Shown here: piece after piece, positions 47,001-60,037 of the stretch
Layout of the letters: each line of letters starts with the position of its first letter
Position numbering within the stretch: the first letter of the stretch is position 1
Source: Protoeuglena noctilucae
Lineage: Eukaryota
NCBI GenBank assembly: GCA_958009085.1
Contig: OY253683.1
Span: forward strand, 372,001 to 436,000
Direction of reading: 5' to 3'
Length of the DNA: 64,000 nucleotides
Notes under the pieces: generated by a model
Seen by the model: the letters and a program-made list of their open reading frames with translations, nothing else
The model's database searches: none
Told to the model about the DNA's origin: nothing
Translations under genes and position numbers: made by a program

Positions 47001-49890
47001 TTCCCGAGTTTCACCGGTGAGAGAGCCACATGTGCTGACTGATGTAGTGAGTGTGGGACACTGCGGGACACCCCTGTTACGCCAGTAAGACTCGGGCGAC
47101 ACGCTGTCGTCTCCGACCGAGTGTCCTCAATTGTCACCAATCTCTGACGGTCCGACTGCTGCCCCGGCGCTTGCAGCGACGTTGGCAGGGGACGCCCGCC
47201 CTGCCGCGGAGTCCGGCTGCCCGAGCGCGGCGGGCTCGGAGGGGCGCCCGGGGCGGTCCTGGACTGCGGGGGAGGAGAGCGAAGACGACGAGAGCCTTGC
47301 CTGGGGCGATTCGGGCGCAGGGGGTCCGACGCAGGAGGTGGTCAGCGCGGCCGCACCGGAGGACGAAGTGTCTGCGGAGATCCTGGAGTTACAGGCGGAG
47401 CTGGTGCAGGTCATGGTGGCGAACCGCGCGAGGCTCGCGGAGGCCCTGCACGGGGCCCTGCGGGACGTGGGGAGGCAGGCGGAGGGGGCGCACCACGCGC
47501 GGCACGACGCGGCTGTGCTCCGGCACTTCGCGGCGGTGATGCGGGACATCAAGCGGGCGCAGAAGCGGGAGAAGCGCGAGAAGGCGCAGCGGCAGGCGCA
47601 GGTGGCGGCCAAGGTGGCGGCCCAGGCGTCCCAGCGTCGGGGGGCACGAGGGGCGGACGGGGTGCGGCTGGGTCCCGAGCTGTGGAGGGAGCAGTTCAAG
47701 GTCGGCGATCACTTCGTCGACATGCTCGCCAAGCGCATGAGCGAGGTGAGCGAGCGACGGGCCTGTCCACGTCGATCCATCACCGCATATAGACACCCTT
47801 GCCATTATCGCCATCTTCTCCGACACCCCTGCCGTCGACTGCAACCGTGCTGCGCCCTCCAACCCGCTGTCTGCGTCCACGCTGCTCTTCACTGCGCAAT
47901 CTGAACCTTTCTCCACGTTCCTTGCTTTCAGGGCCAGGACGATGTTTGCGCCGTGTGTGGTGATGGTACGTCCGAGCCGCCGAACCAAATCGTCTTCTGC
48001 GAGCGGTGCGACCTCCCCGTGCACCAGAGCTGTTACGGCGTCGTGGAGCTCCCCACTGGGGAGTGGCTCTGCGAGCCCTGCCGGTGCCACGAGCAAGACC
48101 TGGAGGGGCAAGGCATGCCGAGGGCGCAGGTCCGACCCCCCCGGTGGCAGCGCGCCGACACGTTCGGGTCCGTGCAGGGCGGCTCGCACTCCGTGTCCTG
48201 CGTGCTGTGCCCGCTGCGGCGCGGCGCGTTCGGGCATGTGGTGCGGGACCCCACGCAGCCGCCCGGCCCCGGTCGCCAATGGGTTCACCTCTACTGCGCC
48301 CACCGGCACCCGGAGTGCGAGATCGACCTCACGCGCGGCATCCTCCACGTGCACAAGGTCAGGGGCGCGGCGCCTGGGACCCCGTGCATCGTCTGCGGCC
48401 TGCCGGACGGCGCGTGCGTGGCGTGCTGCGCGCCGGGGTGCGCCCAGGTATTCCACCCCGTGTGCGGCCGCAACGCCGGGTTCTTCATGCCGCACAAAGA
48501 GGGCAAGCGGGGCATCCTGCGACAGTACTGGTGAGACCAGTTGCGCCTGGGCTGCAGCGGCAGGGGTCTGCTGGACTTGTACATTCCTGGAGTATGCGAA
48601 TGAGGAAAGGGTAGGGGGCCTGCGCACGCTCAATCGCGGAATCTCGTGGCTCGCAGCGACGTGCACTCGGATGCGGCGATGGAGAACGCGGGGCGAGGCG
48701 GGGTGGGGGCCCAGGCCAGCCGGGCCGAGCGCAAGCAGATGCAGGTCGCCTTGGCGCAGGCGAGTGACCTTGGTGTCATCGGCTGTCCTATGCACAGTGC
48801 TGCTTTTTGGTACCAGGAGGGCTGCCCCGTGCACCTCCAGCTGCCTTGTAGTACTGGGAGTCGCCCCTCGTCACCTTGCCTCGTTTCCTTTGTTGCAGCG
48901 GGAGCGAGACCACGCGAAGCTGGCCGAGATCCGCCACGAGCTGACGTCCGTCCGTGCCATCGTGGACCACGTGGCGAGGCGAGAGCACGCCAAGGTGGCA
49001 GTGGTGGCGGCCACCCGGGCGCTCCACGCCGCGCGGATGGCAACGCCGGCGTCGGCACGGGCGGCGCTGGAAGGGCTGGCACAAGCGGGCGAGGGGGTGA
49101 GCCGCTGTGCTGACTGTTGCATGAAGTGTGTCGGGTGCAGGTTTAGTCGCATCTTGCTGCCTCAGTCAGGCTTAAAGAGAGAGCCCAAAGTCCTCGCATG
49201 GAGCTTGCGCTGACCCGGACGACCCCGTCTGCAACTCACTCGCAGGGTCAGGCCGTGGGGGGCATCCCGGGAGAGGCCCTGGCGCTGGGGTCGGGCCCGG
49301 TGGCGGGTGCCGTGCACGAGGCCATGACCACACCCTGGCCGCCCGCGTCGTTCGACACCGTCCCGCCCTCGCCGCACCACGGCCGCCTGCCCTCGCTCAA
49401 GCTCCCCGCGGACCTATCCCCGATGCCCGCCTTGGGAGGCGGCGGGGGCCGCGGGGGCGTAGGGGCCCGGGCGGGTCAGCAGAAGAAGCGGCCGAGAGAG
49501 GACGAGGGTTCGGGGAGCGGTGCGGCGGGGCCGGCGGCGAGCGGGAGCTCCGGCGGGGTTGGGCGGGGGTCCGCGGGGGCTCGGGGGCGGGGGCGTGGGC
49601 GGGGCCGCAGCGCTGGGGCTGTGTGGGGTGCAGGGCGCGGCACGCCGGGGGCGGGCGGTGGTGCTGGGTCGAGCCCGGGCCCGGCCACCCCGGGTGGTCG
49701 GGGCGCGGGAGCTGCGCTTGCGGCGACGCAGCTGCTTCGCCGGGGGGGTGGCCGAGGGCCTGGGACGGACCGGTACGTGGTGGAGCGCACTGTGTCAATG
49801 ACGCCCCGTGAGGCGGAGGCTGCCAATGCGAGGTTGCCGCCCAACTTCCAGTACTTACCCGTGGGGGGACAGAGCCAGCACGGCGCGTGA
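44024..49890 (+). CDS. Chromatin PHD-finger protein with two PHD-Zn knuckle-PHD (PZP) modules (BRPF/Jade/NTO1-like plant-type family), 11 exons
   Basis: First module: CDAC...CSRCGTHIHASC...WVCEGC and CVLC...GAPVQCSFSSCRQAFHPTCAR. Second module: CAVCGDG...QIVFCERCDLPVHQSCYG...WLCEPC...WVHLYCA...FHPVCGR. C-terminal MTPREAEAANARLPPNFQYLP. GC donors at 44630 and 48760. Confidence 0.85.
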
Positions 49891-50142
49891 GGGCGAGGGA
49901 ACGCAGGGGCACGGGCGCGGCACGGGCTTGGGGGGAGTGCTTAGGAGCTTCGTCTGGCATTGAGCGCCACTGTCGATGATTTCTCAGGAACGCGTATGAT
50001 GCGGCTGATGGCCAGCGAGCGCATGATGCATGGCTTGCTCGGTCATGCGCTGCAAGTCTTCTTCAACGGCCGTCGCCAAGCGTGCGTTTCACCCCCAATA
50101 GTCGCTGGGTCCACGCGGGACACACGAAGGTGTCAATGACAG

Positions 50143-51721
50143 TTACTTAGACAGGCGCCCCACGATGGCCTGGCAGCACGACGTGGTGGTCACCACCAGG
50201 GTCGCCATGCTGAAGGACACAGCAATGGTGGCCGACTGGCTGGCGGCCGCCGCGCCCACAGACAACGCGTGCACCAGCACTGCCACCTGCGCCGAAGCGG
50301 GACCAGGCCCGGTTCATACGATGTCTTGATTCGGCCGACGGCATCCTGTCCGTCTGCGCAGTTGACAACACGTCTCTGTGCCACACGACAACTCCCACTC
50401 CTCCCTTACCTGCAGAACGGCGCTGGCGCCCAGTCCTATGCTCATGCCCACAGACACGAGGCCGCCGAGCGCCCTCCGGTTGGCGCTGTCCTTGAGCGTC
50501 AGAAACCCCTGCAAGGAACGGAACCCGACAGCGTGCACTTCAGGCTCCCCTTCACCCTCTCCCTGCAGAAGGCACCGAGAGTAGTATCCGATCCCAGCGT
50601 TGGTGACCACCGTGTCAATAACGCAAAGGCGGCTCACCATCGCGACGAACAGCATGCCCGCGCCCATGCTCCTGGTGTAGAAGGCGCTGAGGGGACTCGA
50701 GAGGCCCAGGAACCCCACAGCCGCCTGGGGTTGCAGCAGGCACAGCGCTGAGACGCCTACCGACGCCAGCGTCAGGAACAGGAAGCTCGCCGACTTCCAC
50801 TCTGCGAGGGCCGCGGGAAGAGGGAGAGCACAGGTGGGTTGGTGGGTGTGATTTGGCGACACGTGGTACACTGGCGAGGGGTGCGAGTGCCGCCCCATGA
50901 GCCGTGTCGCTTAGACGCACCTGTCACTTCAAGGATGTGCTGTGCGTCCCTCAGCACGACAGAGAGCGGGGACCGGCCCGTCCCCTGCACTGCGACGAGG
51001 CCGGTCGTTGCGACGGCGGCGGACCCCAGGAAAGCCACCAGGGCCGTCGTGAGGTGGGCCGAGGGGTTGGGGAGCCCTGCGAGGAACTGCAGACCTGCAG
51101 GCGGGGCGAGGTTCACGGCAGGTGGGTGGAGAGGCGGCGAGGTCCGTACGTGCAGTGCTGTCAATGCGCTGTGCCATCTCAGCCATGCATGCCATGGTAC
51201 GCGTGGGAGACGCGCAGTCGCTAACCTGCGTTGCCGAGCCCCACGAGGAGCAGGGCGAGGTTGAGTCGCGCGAACGCGGGGTGCCCGAGGCGGCCGTGGG
51301 CGGCGCACGACTGGAGAGCCCAGGCGGAGGTGACGGTCGCGGGCGCCACGCTGCTGGCCAGCCTCAGCACCGTCAGCAGGGGCTCCGTGGCCGACGACGG
51401 TGGGAGGCCCCAGATGCCGCGGGCGACCCACTGAGGGGCGATCATGAGGCCGGCGCCCCAGACGGCCCAGAACACGGCGATGAACGTGTAGCCCGTCGCG
51501 AGCAACCCCTGGAGGGCCGTGGGCTCCCCCGGGGGCAGCTCCGCCTCCGTGCTCGAGAGAACCGCGCGCGGAACGAGAACTTCGCGATGTCGCGTTCTCG
51601 CGTGCCGACGCGCGAGGCCCTGGGCGGCGCTGACGGTCTTCGGCAAGCAGACGCTGGTGGCGTGTAAATCGCCGGGACTGCTACCGCGGCGGGCCAGCCA
51701 GACTGGACGCCGAGAAACCAT
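50143..51721 (-). CDS. Uncharacterised multi-pass membrane protein with plastid transit-like leader, 5 exons
   Basis: Arg/Ser-rich leader ending VPRA, followed by about 8 hydrophobic segments over phase-consistent GT-AG exons. Ends GRLSK-TAA. Confidence 0.7.
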
Positions 51722-51965
51722 GGGCCGGTGCGGCTGGCTTGGGCCTGCGGGCCACGAGAGGCGAAGATCCTGCTGCCTGCGATCCGGAGGGAAGTGCCGC
51801 CAGGCCAGCCGGCGTGCTTTCCTGGAAGACCGGGTCCCCGTTCGAGCTTACCAGGAGCGGAATTGACCTCGCGAGTCGCGAGTCCGGGGACCCCGGAGCC
51901 TCGCGCGATGGACGCGCCACCTGCCATGACCACCAACGGCATATGGGGCACGCCCGCAAGGCCCG

Positions 51966-54168
51966 ATGCGCCCTGCGGAGCTCGAGGGTATGCTGTGGAG
52001 ACTCTTGAAGGCACGAACGCTTGCGCTTCTCAGCAGGGCCAGCTGTGGCTCCTCAATCTTCAACCCCCGTCAAAATCATGTCCCAGTCGTTTCACGCGCG
52101 ACCTTCCCCCGGCGCGAGTGTGCCAGCTGTCGTGCCAATCAAGCAGAAGACCAGTCCACTTCTGTCCGATCACGCCCACCGCAGCCAGAACCACGAGCGT
52201 CCTACGTCTGACAGCGCTGACTTCTCGCTCTGATCAGTCCTTGCCTGCGATCCCGTATTTGTCAGCTTCCCCAAGATCGCGTCGTTAGTTGCAAGTCATC
52301 TGCATTGGGGGTGACGGGCATCCAGGCACACATCTGCTTTCGCACAAGAGGCAGTTGCTCCAGGCCCAAGCGAAGCGCTGGGGGGCCCCTACACGGGGCT
52401 GTCTTGCACGACTGGGCTGGGACTGGCAGCGGGGGGCAGCGCTGAGACGGGGCGCGCCGGCATCGCCCGGTCGCCACCATGGGAAGTCTGCAGGAGCACG
52501 CTCGCGCTTTGCAGACAGCCATATCGTTGGGGGACGGCCGAAAAGCGGCCCTTCTTCTGCGGTGAGGCCCAAGGCCAGGGGATTGTTGCAAATGGGACCG
52601 GCCGCCCACCAAATGGTGATTGCCGCTCAGCCAGTGGGCGATGTCAGGCATCTCCCCGCGCTCAGAGTGGACAATGACAAGCTGGTCGGGGCGGTGCAAC
52701 AGGTGGTGTCGTTCGGGGGCGACGTCCGGGACGCCGCACGGGTGCTTCGGGACGAGCAGTGGCAGGGCATCGCCACAGCACTGTACGAGTGCTTGGCGCA
52801 GGTGGCGCAGGGCAAGCCAGATGCGTACAAGAGCTACGAGAAGGTGGTGAAACCAGGTGAGCGCGGGGACCAGTGCCAGGCGTCCTGCCCAGGCGTGCCA
52901 CGCTGTGCCTGGCGCGGGCCCCTCCCTGCCCACCCACCCACCCATCGGCGCCTCCTACGCAGCGCTGAGGGCAGCCCAGAAGGAGGACCTCTCTCGGAAG
53001 CCGTTCTGGACGTCGGTCGCGAGGGCCCTGGCCGCCAACGTGAGGCTGCTGGCAGCCCGTTGCCACCTGGACGTCAGCCAGAGCGAGGCGCTCACGCCCC
53101 TGCTGAATTCGACGTTCGGGAACCTGCGCTCGATCTTCTCCTCCGGCGCCGAGTTCGCCCCGATGCTCGCCGTGCACTGCGAGATCATCCGCGTGGCGTT
53201 CATCTTCAACCGGATCAACTTGGGCTTCGATCAGCTGACCCTTTTCCACGACCAACACCTGACAAATGCCCCGATGGCTGACAGGGTGACCTTCAGCTAC
53301 TACAAGGCGCGGCTCTGCATCCTCGAGAACAGGTGCGGCATGAGGGTGGAAGATGCCACGTGGGTGGATGATGCCACGTGGGGGTGGATTATAGCAGCAC
53401 GCCGCCGTCTGCAGTTGCAGACCTGTTTGGTCTGCACCACGACAGCTTCCGCTCCACGCTATGGTGCAGGCAGTGCCACATGCGACCGTGGCCGCCCCGG
53501 CGCACCCACTCGCAGGTTCGATGAGGCGAGGGAACTGCTGCAGTATGCCCTGGACAACTGTCCGCCGGGGGCGAGGAGGAACCGGGAGCTGATCCTCAAG
53601 TACCTCGTGCCGATCAACATGCTGCAGGGGCGCATGCCGGCCGCGCAGATCATGCGTGGGCCAGCCATGCAGCCCTACCTGCAGGTGGCTACAGCCGTAC
53701 GCGCTGGCAACGTGGGCGCGCTGCAGGCAGCGCTCGACAGCAACCTCCAGACGTTCGTGCGCGACGGCACCGTCTTCCTTTTGGAGCGCCTGAAACTCCT
53801 GGCCCACCGGCGGCTGCTGCAGCGCGTGTGCCAGATCTACGGGGGCATGCTGGGCCCTGATGCAGACGACAGGGTCAAGGCCCGCCTCCCGCTCAAGGTT
53901 CGTATGCGCTGTTGGCACATGCGGCAGCGAACGCGTGTGGCCCGGCCACTGCGGTGCGTAACTCGGCTCACAATTGGATGTGGCGCTCTCCATGCAGTAC
54001 TACGTGGCGGCGCTCGAGGCTTCCGGGGAGGAAACGGACCTGGATGACGCCGAGTGCGTCTTGGCCAACGCCATTTACCACGGCAAGGTACGAGCGGTGA
54101 TCAGCCACGCCAGTCGGATCCTGGCATTGTCTAAGGAGAACCCATTCCCGACCCTGACGCCGCGCTGA
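51966..54168 (+). CDS. PCI-domain protein PCID2/Thp1/EER5 (TREX-2 subunit), 6 exons
   Basis: MRPAELEGMLWRLLK / TAISLGDGRKAALLLR / ... DRVTFSYYKARL, NRELILKYLVPINMLQGRMP, ECVLANAIYHGKVRAVISH, LSKENPFP. The first intron (52011-52514) is GC-AG. Confidence 0.85.
53350..53389. repeat. Short intronic tandem duplication (gatgccacgtggg[g]tggat x2)
   Basis: Directly visible. Confidence 0.6.
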
Positions 54169-54239
54169 GGGCGGCGACGCGCGTCCCTAGGTGGCTCCCG
54201 GAAGCGTTCAACCTTGCCCGGCAACCGACCGACGCTGCT

Positions 54240-55547
54240 TTAAGCCACCTTGGTCAGGGGGTTCGTGCCGGCCGTGGGGTGCCGCTCGGGGGACGGGTAG
54301 TACTCGAAGTGAAGCTCCCCGACGTCGTCGCCGCGCACCTTGCGCCACCCGTCAGCCGTGACGTGGTAGACCGACACGGTGCCGCCCGACACCGCGTCAC
54401 GGAACGTCGCGTGGTAGATGGAGCGCCGGCCCAGCTCGATTGCCTCCTCCACGGACATGTCCCACCGGTAGCCCTCGTCCAGGACGCCGTAAGCGTAGAG
54501 CGAGCCGGACCCGACACTGAAGACCTTGCCCTTGGTGCGCTGGCCCTCGGAGTCGACGTAGTAAAGGCCCGGGCCTTCGGGGTCCCACCCCGCGATCATC
54601 GTGCCCACGGAGAGGCCCATGCCCTTGTACGAGTACATGATGTTGCCGAGGATCTTGGACGCCGCACGCACTGCAACGCAGGGTGGGGAAGGGGTCGCAA
54701 AGGGTGCGTGCGGGAGCACAGCCAGCGTAGGGTCGAAGGAAGTGGAGCGCATTGTACCGATAGCTGGATTCAGTGCATGCCGCTAACATAACACTGGACA
54801 GCGTTGCCTGAGCGGGGGAGGCGCGCCGCCGAGAAGCACACTCACCCGTGATCCGGCGCCCGTTCCGCAGCTCGAACTTGCGGCACTCGACTCCGAGGTT
54901 GCGTTGCCAGAACTGGCAGTCCGCCGCGCCGCCCGCCATGGTGCCCAGGAGGTACGGGTTGATCTCGATGACCTTCTTCACCGTCTGCGTGCCACCGCAA
55001 GCCCGGCAGGCTCGCGCACGCGTCCGACGGACTGACCCGTCGCGCCGTTCGGCGACGGCGGCGAGCCATCGGCCAATCGCGGCTCACCTGAGAGGAAATG
55101 TAGGTCCCCATCGACGCGCGTGAGTCGACGGCGATGATGACCCCGCCCTGGAAGATGAAGCCCAGCGTGGTCGTCCCGTGCGCCGGCTTGACGAACTCCA
55201 TCACCTCCCGCTCAAAGCCGTCCAGCTGCGTGCGGGGGCGCGCGCGGATCTCAGCCCAGGGCACGCGAGCACCCGTTGGCGTCAGGAACGCCGACTCGGT
55301 CGCTCCAACATTTGCAAAGCATACGGCGATCTGTGAATCTGGACGATGTGCGGCTTGCAGGCCTCGAGGCCGTCGCCATCGTCGGCTAGCGACCCACGGG
55401 CGCGGCAACGTCCCTACTCACGTCCTGCACCGCCGGAAGCGGGAACTCAGCCCCCATTGCCGCATCGCAGAAGCTCTGCTCGTCCTCCGCACACCCGAGG
55501 GTGGCGGCGTCCCTCGAGAGGCAGGAGAGGTCGATGCGACCAGCCAT
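54240..55547 (-). CDS. PSMB5: 20S proteasome subunit beta-5, 4 exons
   Basis: Propeptide, then [68 protein letters not shown] and [10 protein letters not shown]. Stop TAA at 54240. Confidence 0.96.
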
Positions 55548-55985
55548 GGCGCACGGGACCTCCTCCCCCTTCACTCGGGCAGCGAGCCGCGATGCGGTTC
55601 GAAGAGCACGACCCTGGTGACCACCGTCAAGCGATGAGTGCCGAAGCAGCGCAAAGCGTCTCGACAAAAGCGAGCGCGGGAGCGTGGTGGACCAGCAAAT
55701 CGACGATCTTCTCCTTCGGAACGACGCACGCGCGTGTGGCAACAAGATATGGCAGATGACGGCGCGAATCACGGCCGGCCTGCCTTCACGTCGACGAGAG
55801 CTCGCTTCTCTGGCGCCAGATGAGCCGTTTGACCTCTTACCTCGCCGTCTGCCGCACCTCTCCCTCACACCGTCGCCATTTCAGAAAGGATAATTGCTTG
55901 CGTACACTGTCGCTCTCGGTCCGCCGTCCAGCACAGCGTAGCGCGGCAGCATGCATCCGTGCGCTCGCCAAGGGGGCACGCGGCC

Positions 55986-57410
55986 ATGACGTCCCTTCCC
56001 CGTGTCGTGGCCTTGCTTGGAGAGTTCGATGAAAAGCTGCTGCAAAGGCTCAGGTGCGCCTCGGCCCGACAGGCGCTAGCATGCTGTGGGGCATGCGTCG
56101 GGGGTTAGCGTCGCGGGAGCCGGCCCTTCGACCTCCGCGAGTCGCGTCAGCGCAAGCTGTGCTGGTTGTTGACACGCGTATGCCTTGCACGCGTCTTGCG
56201 CGCACGTATCGTGCGCAGGGGCGCTGCATGACAGGGTCTGCTCACGCGTGCGAGGCCCACAACCCCTCCCCGGGCACGCAGAGATGCCGAAGAGAATAGG
56301 GAGAAGGAGCGCAAAGCCGCCACGGCCATCCAGGCGGCGTACCGGTCTCACCTGGTGCGCAAGCGCCTAGCCTTCAAGGCGCAATGCCTGGTGCGCCTGC
56401 AAACGTTCTTCCGGGGCTGGGTGGGCCGGAACGAGGCGACGGCCAAGCGGAGGGACCGTGACAGGGAGCTGCGCAAGGCCTACTTCGACCTCTGCGCCAC
56501 CACCATCCAGAGGCACTGGCGGGGCCACTACAGCCGCATCAACATCCACGACTTCCAGGCGCGCAAGGCATACCTGCAGGCCGTGGTCGAGAAAGGGAAG
56601 CAGGTCCGGGAGGAGAGCACTCTGCTGGCCGAGGTGAGGCGGGCTAGCATACAGCCTGCCTGTCAGCATGGCCATCACAGTTACCGCAACAACGCACGCC
56701 GTCTCGTTCGTGTGCTCGCAGGACACCCTTCGGCTGCAGGCCTTGGAGGAGGAGCATATGCAGCACGAGCGGACGCTCCGGCAGATGCAGCGGATGCACC
56801 ACCTGGTGTCGACGGCAGCGCAGCCGGGTGTGCTGAGCAACCCGTACATGGCCATGATGGGGCAGTCGGCGACGATCGGGGGAAGGCCCGCTGAGGATGT
56901 GCTGAAGAACACGGCCAAGGGCGCACGTGAGTGCTTCAGACTCCTAGCCAGGGGGACCAGGTCCTACGGTGCAGGTGCAGGTCCTGTTGCTGGGCCACAC
57001 CCTCACACCGCCCCGCGCTCGCCCTGCCTGCAGTGACGCTTCCGCCGCTGAAGCTCCGGGGCGACGTGGTGCGGCCCCAGATGTACAAGCTCCCCCGCCA
57101 ACAGGTTGGGACGGGTGCGACGCTGCGGTGCGGGGACCTCTATCAGCACAACGACGAGCACCGGAAGCTGGACGCGGCCGTGTCGGACGCGCTGTGGCGG
57201 ACGCTGCACCCGGCCCCGTTCCGGAACAGCCTGGCCCGCCCGCCGCGGGTGCTGCCCAACAAGCCCCTGATCTCGTCCATGCGCTACGACCCGACCCCGG
57301 TGCTGCAGCCGCGGTCCGAGAGGCTCACGGACAAGGCGCGGTCGATCAGCAAGGTCAAGTGGACGAGCGCCACCCACCGCATCGAGGTGTTCGACACGTC
57401 GATCGTCTGA
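55986..57410 (+). CDS. SPATA17-like IQ-motif flagellar protein, 4 exons
   Basis: Three IQ motifs (IQAAYRSHLVR, LQTFFRGWVGR, IQRHWRGHYSR), plus HDFQARKAYL and HHLVSTAAQPGV, which are characteristic of SPATA17. First exon MTSLPRVVALLGEFDEKLLQRLR. Confidence 0.8.
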
Positions 57411-57606
57411 CGGTCCGCGCCAGTCCATGCCAGCGCCACACCGGCTGCTCTTCCGTCGCCGTGCGTCGCAAACCCTTGTATACCCACATTGCCACCGATG
57501 GATTGAAAATCGATGGCTCTGTAGCTCCTCCACCGCACGTCAGTCATCAGCTCACAACCCCCTGGGGCCTCCGGGCATGCAATCTCTCAGGGCATTCACG
57601 GTCGCC

Positions 57607-58220
57607 ATGCAAGCCACGATCGCCCGCCCCCCCGCGCCCGCCTCCCTGTCTGTGCTCCGCACTTCCCGAGGTGCAATGGGTGGCCCTCCGTCGCCGCTGC
57701 TGTTTCCCACGACGAGCGCATCGTCAGCTGTAGCATGTGCGATTGCGACAGCTGCGAGGTCGGGAGGGCGCCTCATCGCGTCGCCTGCAGGCTCCCGCCA
57801 GATTATGGCGAGCGCAGCGAAGGAGGCTCTTGTCGCCCGCATCCAAGAAACCAACGCGAAGAACCCGGTCGTCGCGTACGTCACTTCCTACTGGTGAGCG
57901 TGGGGAGGCATGGGCGGCCGAGGGCTCGCCGGCGGGTCGCGCGGGCGCAGCGTTCTGGACCAGGTCCTTTCCGCAGCCCCTACTGTCACGAGGTGCGTCG
58001 ACTTTTCAAGGAACTCAAGGTCGACGCAACCATCGTGGATTTTGACGCGGCGGCGGACGGCAAGGAGCTGCGGGCCGCTCTTAACGAGACGTTCGGGGTC
58101 CACACGGTGCCGCAAGTGTTTGTGGGCAACAAGCGCATCGGGGGCTGCGACGACACGCTCGCGGCGTACCAGTCCGGCAAGCTGAAGACGTCGCTGGCCG
58201 AGGTCGGGATCAAGATCTGA
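57607..58220 (+). CDS. Class I dithiol glutaredoxin (CPYC), organelle-targeted, 2 exons
   Basis: The active site C-P-Y-C is formed across the splice (tg|c ccc tac tgt). Also TVPQVFVG and IGGCDD, after a long Ser/Ala/Arg-rich leader. Confidence 0.92.
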
Positions 58221-58305
58221 GGGGCGCGCCAAAGGAGGCGGGAGAAGGGGCCCTCACCCTCATCCGTGCAAATTGTGATGCTGCCCGCAAAGACGCACCC
58301 CGCCC

Positions 58306-59321
58306 TCAGAAAACGCGACCCCTCTCGCGTAACTTGCGCAGGATGTAGTCGATCTCGTCCTTGTGCTGGGGGATCATGTGCTTGAGCGTGTAGCCCTTGA
58401 AGCCCAGGCGCAGGACCTTGCGCACGTACGCGGGATTCATCAAGGGCCGCAGGCCTTTCAGGTTGCCCTTCCGCCGCGACGACTTCTTCGAGTTGTTGTG
58501 CCTGCGAGAGAGGGGTGGAGAATGACAACTTGTCCTCGCATCAAACGAGGGCCAGCACAGGCGCAACAGGTCCCCTAGGCCCAGTCCGTCCCATGCGCCC
58601 TGCGTGCCAGGACGCCCACCTGCGGTTCGCCGCCCAGTGCAGCAACACCGGCTTCTTGCGTTGGTGGACGGGATCCCAATCGTGCACCAGGATGAAGCGC
58701 TTCTTCAGAGAGCTCGGCACCCGCTGCTTTATCTGCGACCGTGGAGAAGGGTGGGTGTGAACGGGTTGCCTCGGAGTTGGGAGAAAAGCCGTCAGAACCC
58801 GCCTGGGTGCTGAGGCAGCATGGTCTCTCCCATCTGCTGCACACCTTTGGGGGTTTGGGGTGCTCCACGTGCTGGCGCCTCATCCACCCCCGAGTCTTGA
58901 GCCCTCTACTGGCGAACGGGGGCCCGGTGATCTCCGTGCAGGCGCGGGAAGGGCATGCCAACGCTCGCAGCCGATCGCGGCCCATCTGGGCAGCCGATGA
59001 CGACGCCCACGCGCATCCCCCGCTCCCTCGCTGACCGACTTGAAATGCTAGGCCAGAAAACGCGTGACTGGCCGGGGATGGGCGCCTCGCCCACGGGGAT
59101 GGAAGCTGCCCAAGTTCACAGGGTTGCCTGCAGCGCGAGAGAAGATCTTCTTGCGCTTCCCTGCGCGTCATCGATTGACACGGGAACACTGCATCCGCGG
59201 GCCCCCAAATGAAGGCCAGGCGTTGTTTGTCGCACCTGTTCAGGGCAGCGGCCTCCCCACCCCGTGCGACAGCTGATGCCGCGGACAACACGCTCTTCAC
59301 CGCTCCCCATGCCCGCCGCAT
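58306..59321 (-). CDS. Mitochondrial ribosomal protein bL35m-like, 4 exons
   Basis: Presequence MRRAWGAVKSVLS..., then PKIKQRVPSSLKKRF...LLHWAANRRHNNSKKSSRRKGNL, which fits the L35 pattern PK.K....KKRF...RH...KKS..RK..L. Confidence 0.7.
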
Positions 59322-60037
59322 GGGGTAATGCCCGCGTATCAGCCGCGTGCGATACCGAAAACCACCAAATGACCCCAGAGACACGCGAGGAAAGCTGTTT
59401 TTGCCAAACACGCGACGCACCGAATCGTGTCACGGCGATGGCATGTCCCTCGGCAAATTGGTCGTGAGCCAGGGTCCCAAACACGCCGTCTGCGCGGAAC
59501 CGGCGCGACACTGAGGGCTGGCAAGTTTCATGCAGCACCGACCGGAGGGTCGCTTGGCCGCACGCTCTGCGGCGATGATCATTTTGTAGCTTAGATACGC
59601 AGGCGGCAGACGCGCCTGTGCCGTGATTGGCGTCGTGCGAGCGTCTTCCACCGCGACGCTCAACAACGAAGGTCAGGGCTCGCAACGGCGCAAGGAGGCG
59701 GGCTGAAGGACCGCCCCTGTCTTGATTGTCACCCATCTTGTCCCTGGCTTCTGTCGTGGCCCGCCGCGTCCGATTTTGCGGGCTCTGGCAAGCGCACATG
59801 GCGGGTTCATCCGTGCGCCCCGCTCCAGCAGCGGGTGTCGCCTGGCCTGCCGATCGACGTCTCCGCAGTGCAATCGCGAATTGTTTGACTGGCTGCCGAA
59901 GCCAACCGGGTTGTGGTGCCCCAACGACGTGGCAAGAGGCTCCCCTTGCGTCCACGACGGTGTAAGCCCGCCTTGCCCGCAGGGGCCGGGGCTTCCGGTG
60001 TCATGAGAAAGCGTACAGTTACCATCGCAAGAGACGT

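Noticed and set aside
56919..56932. Possible GC donor in the SPATA17-like gene
   Set aside because: A canonical GTGAGT donor in the same phase lies a few nt downstream, so it was not counted.
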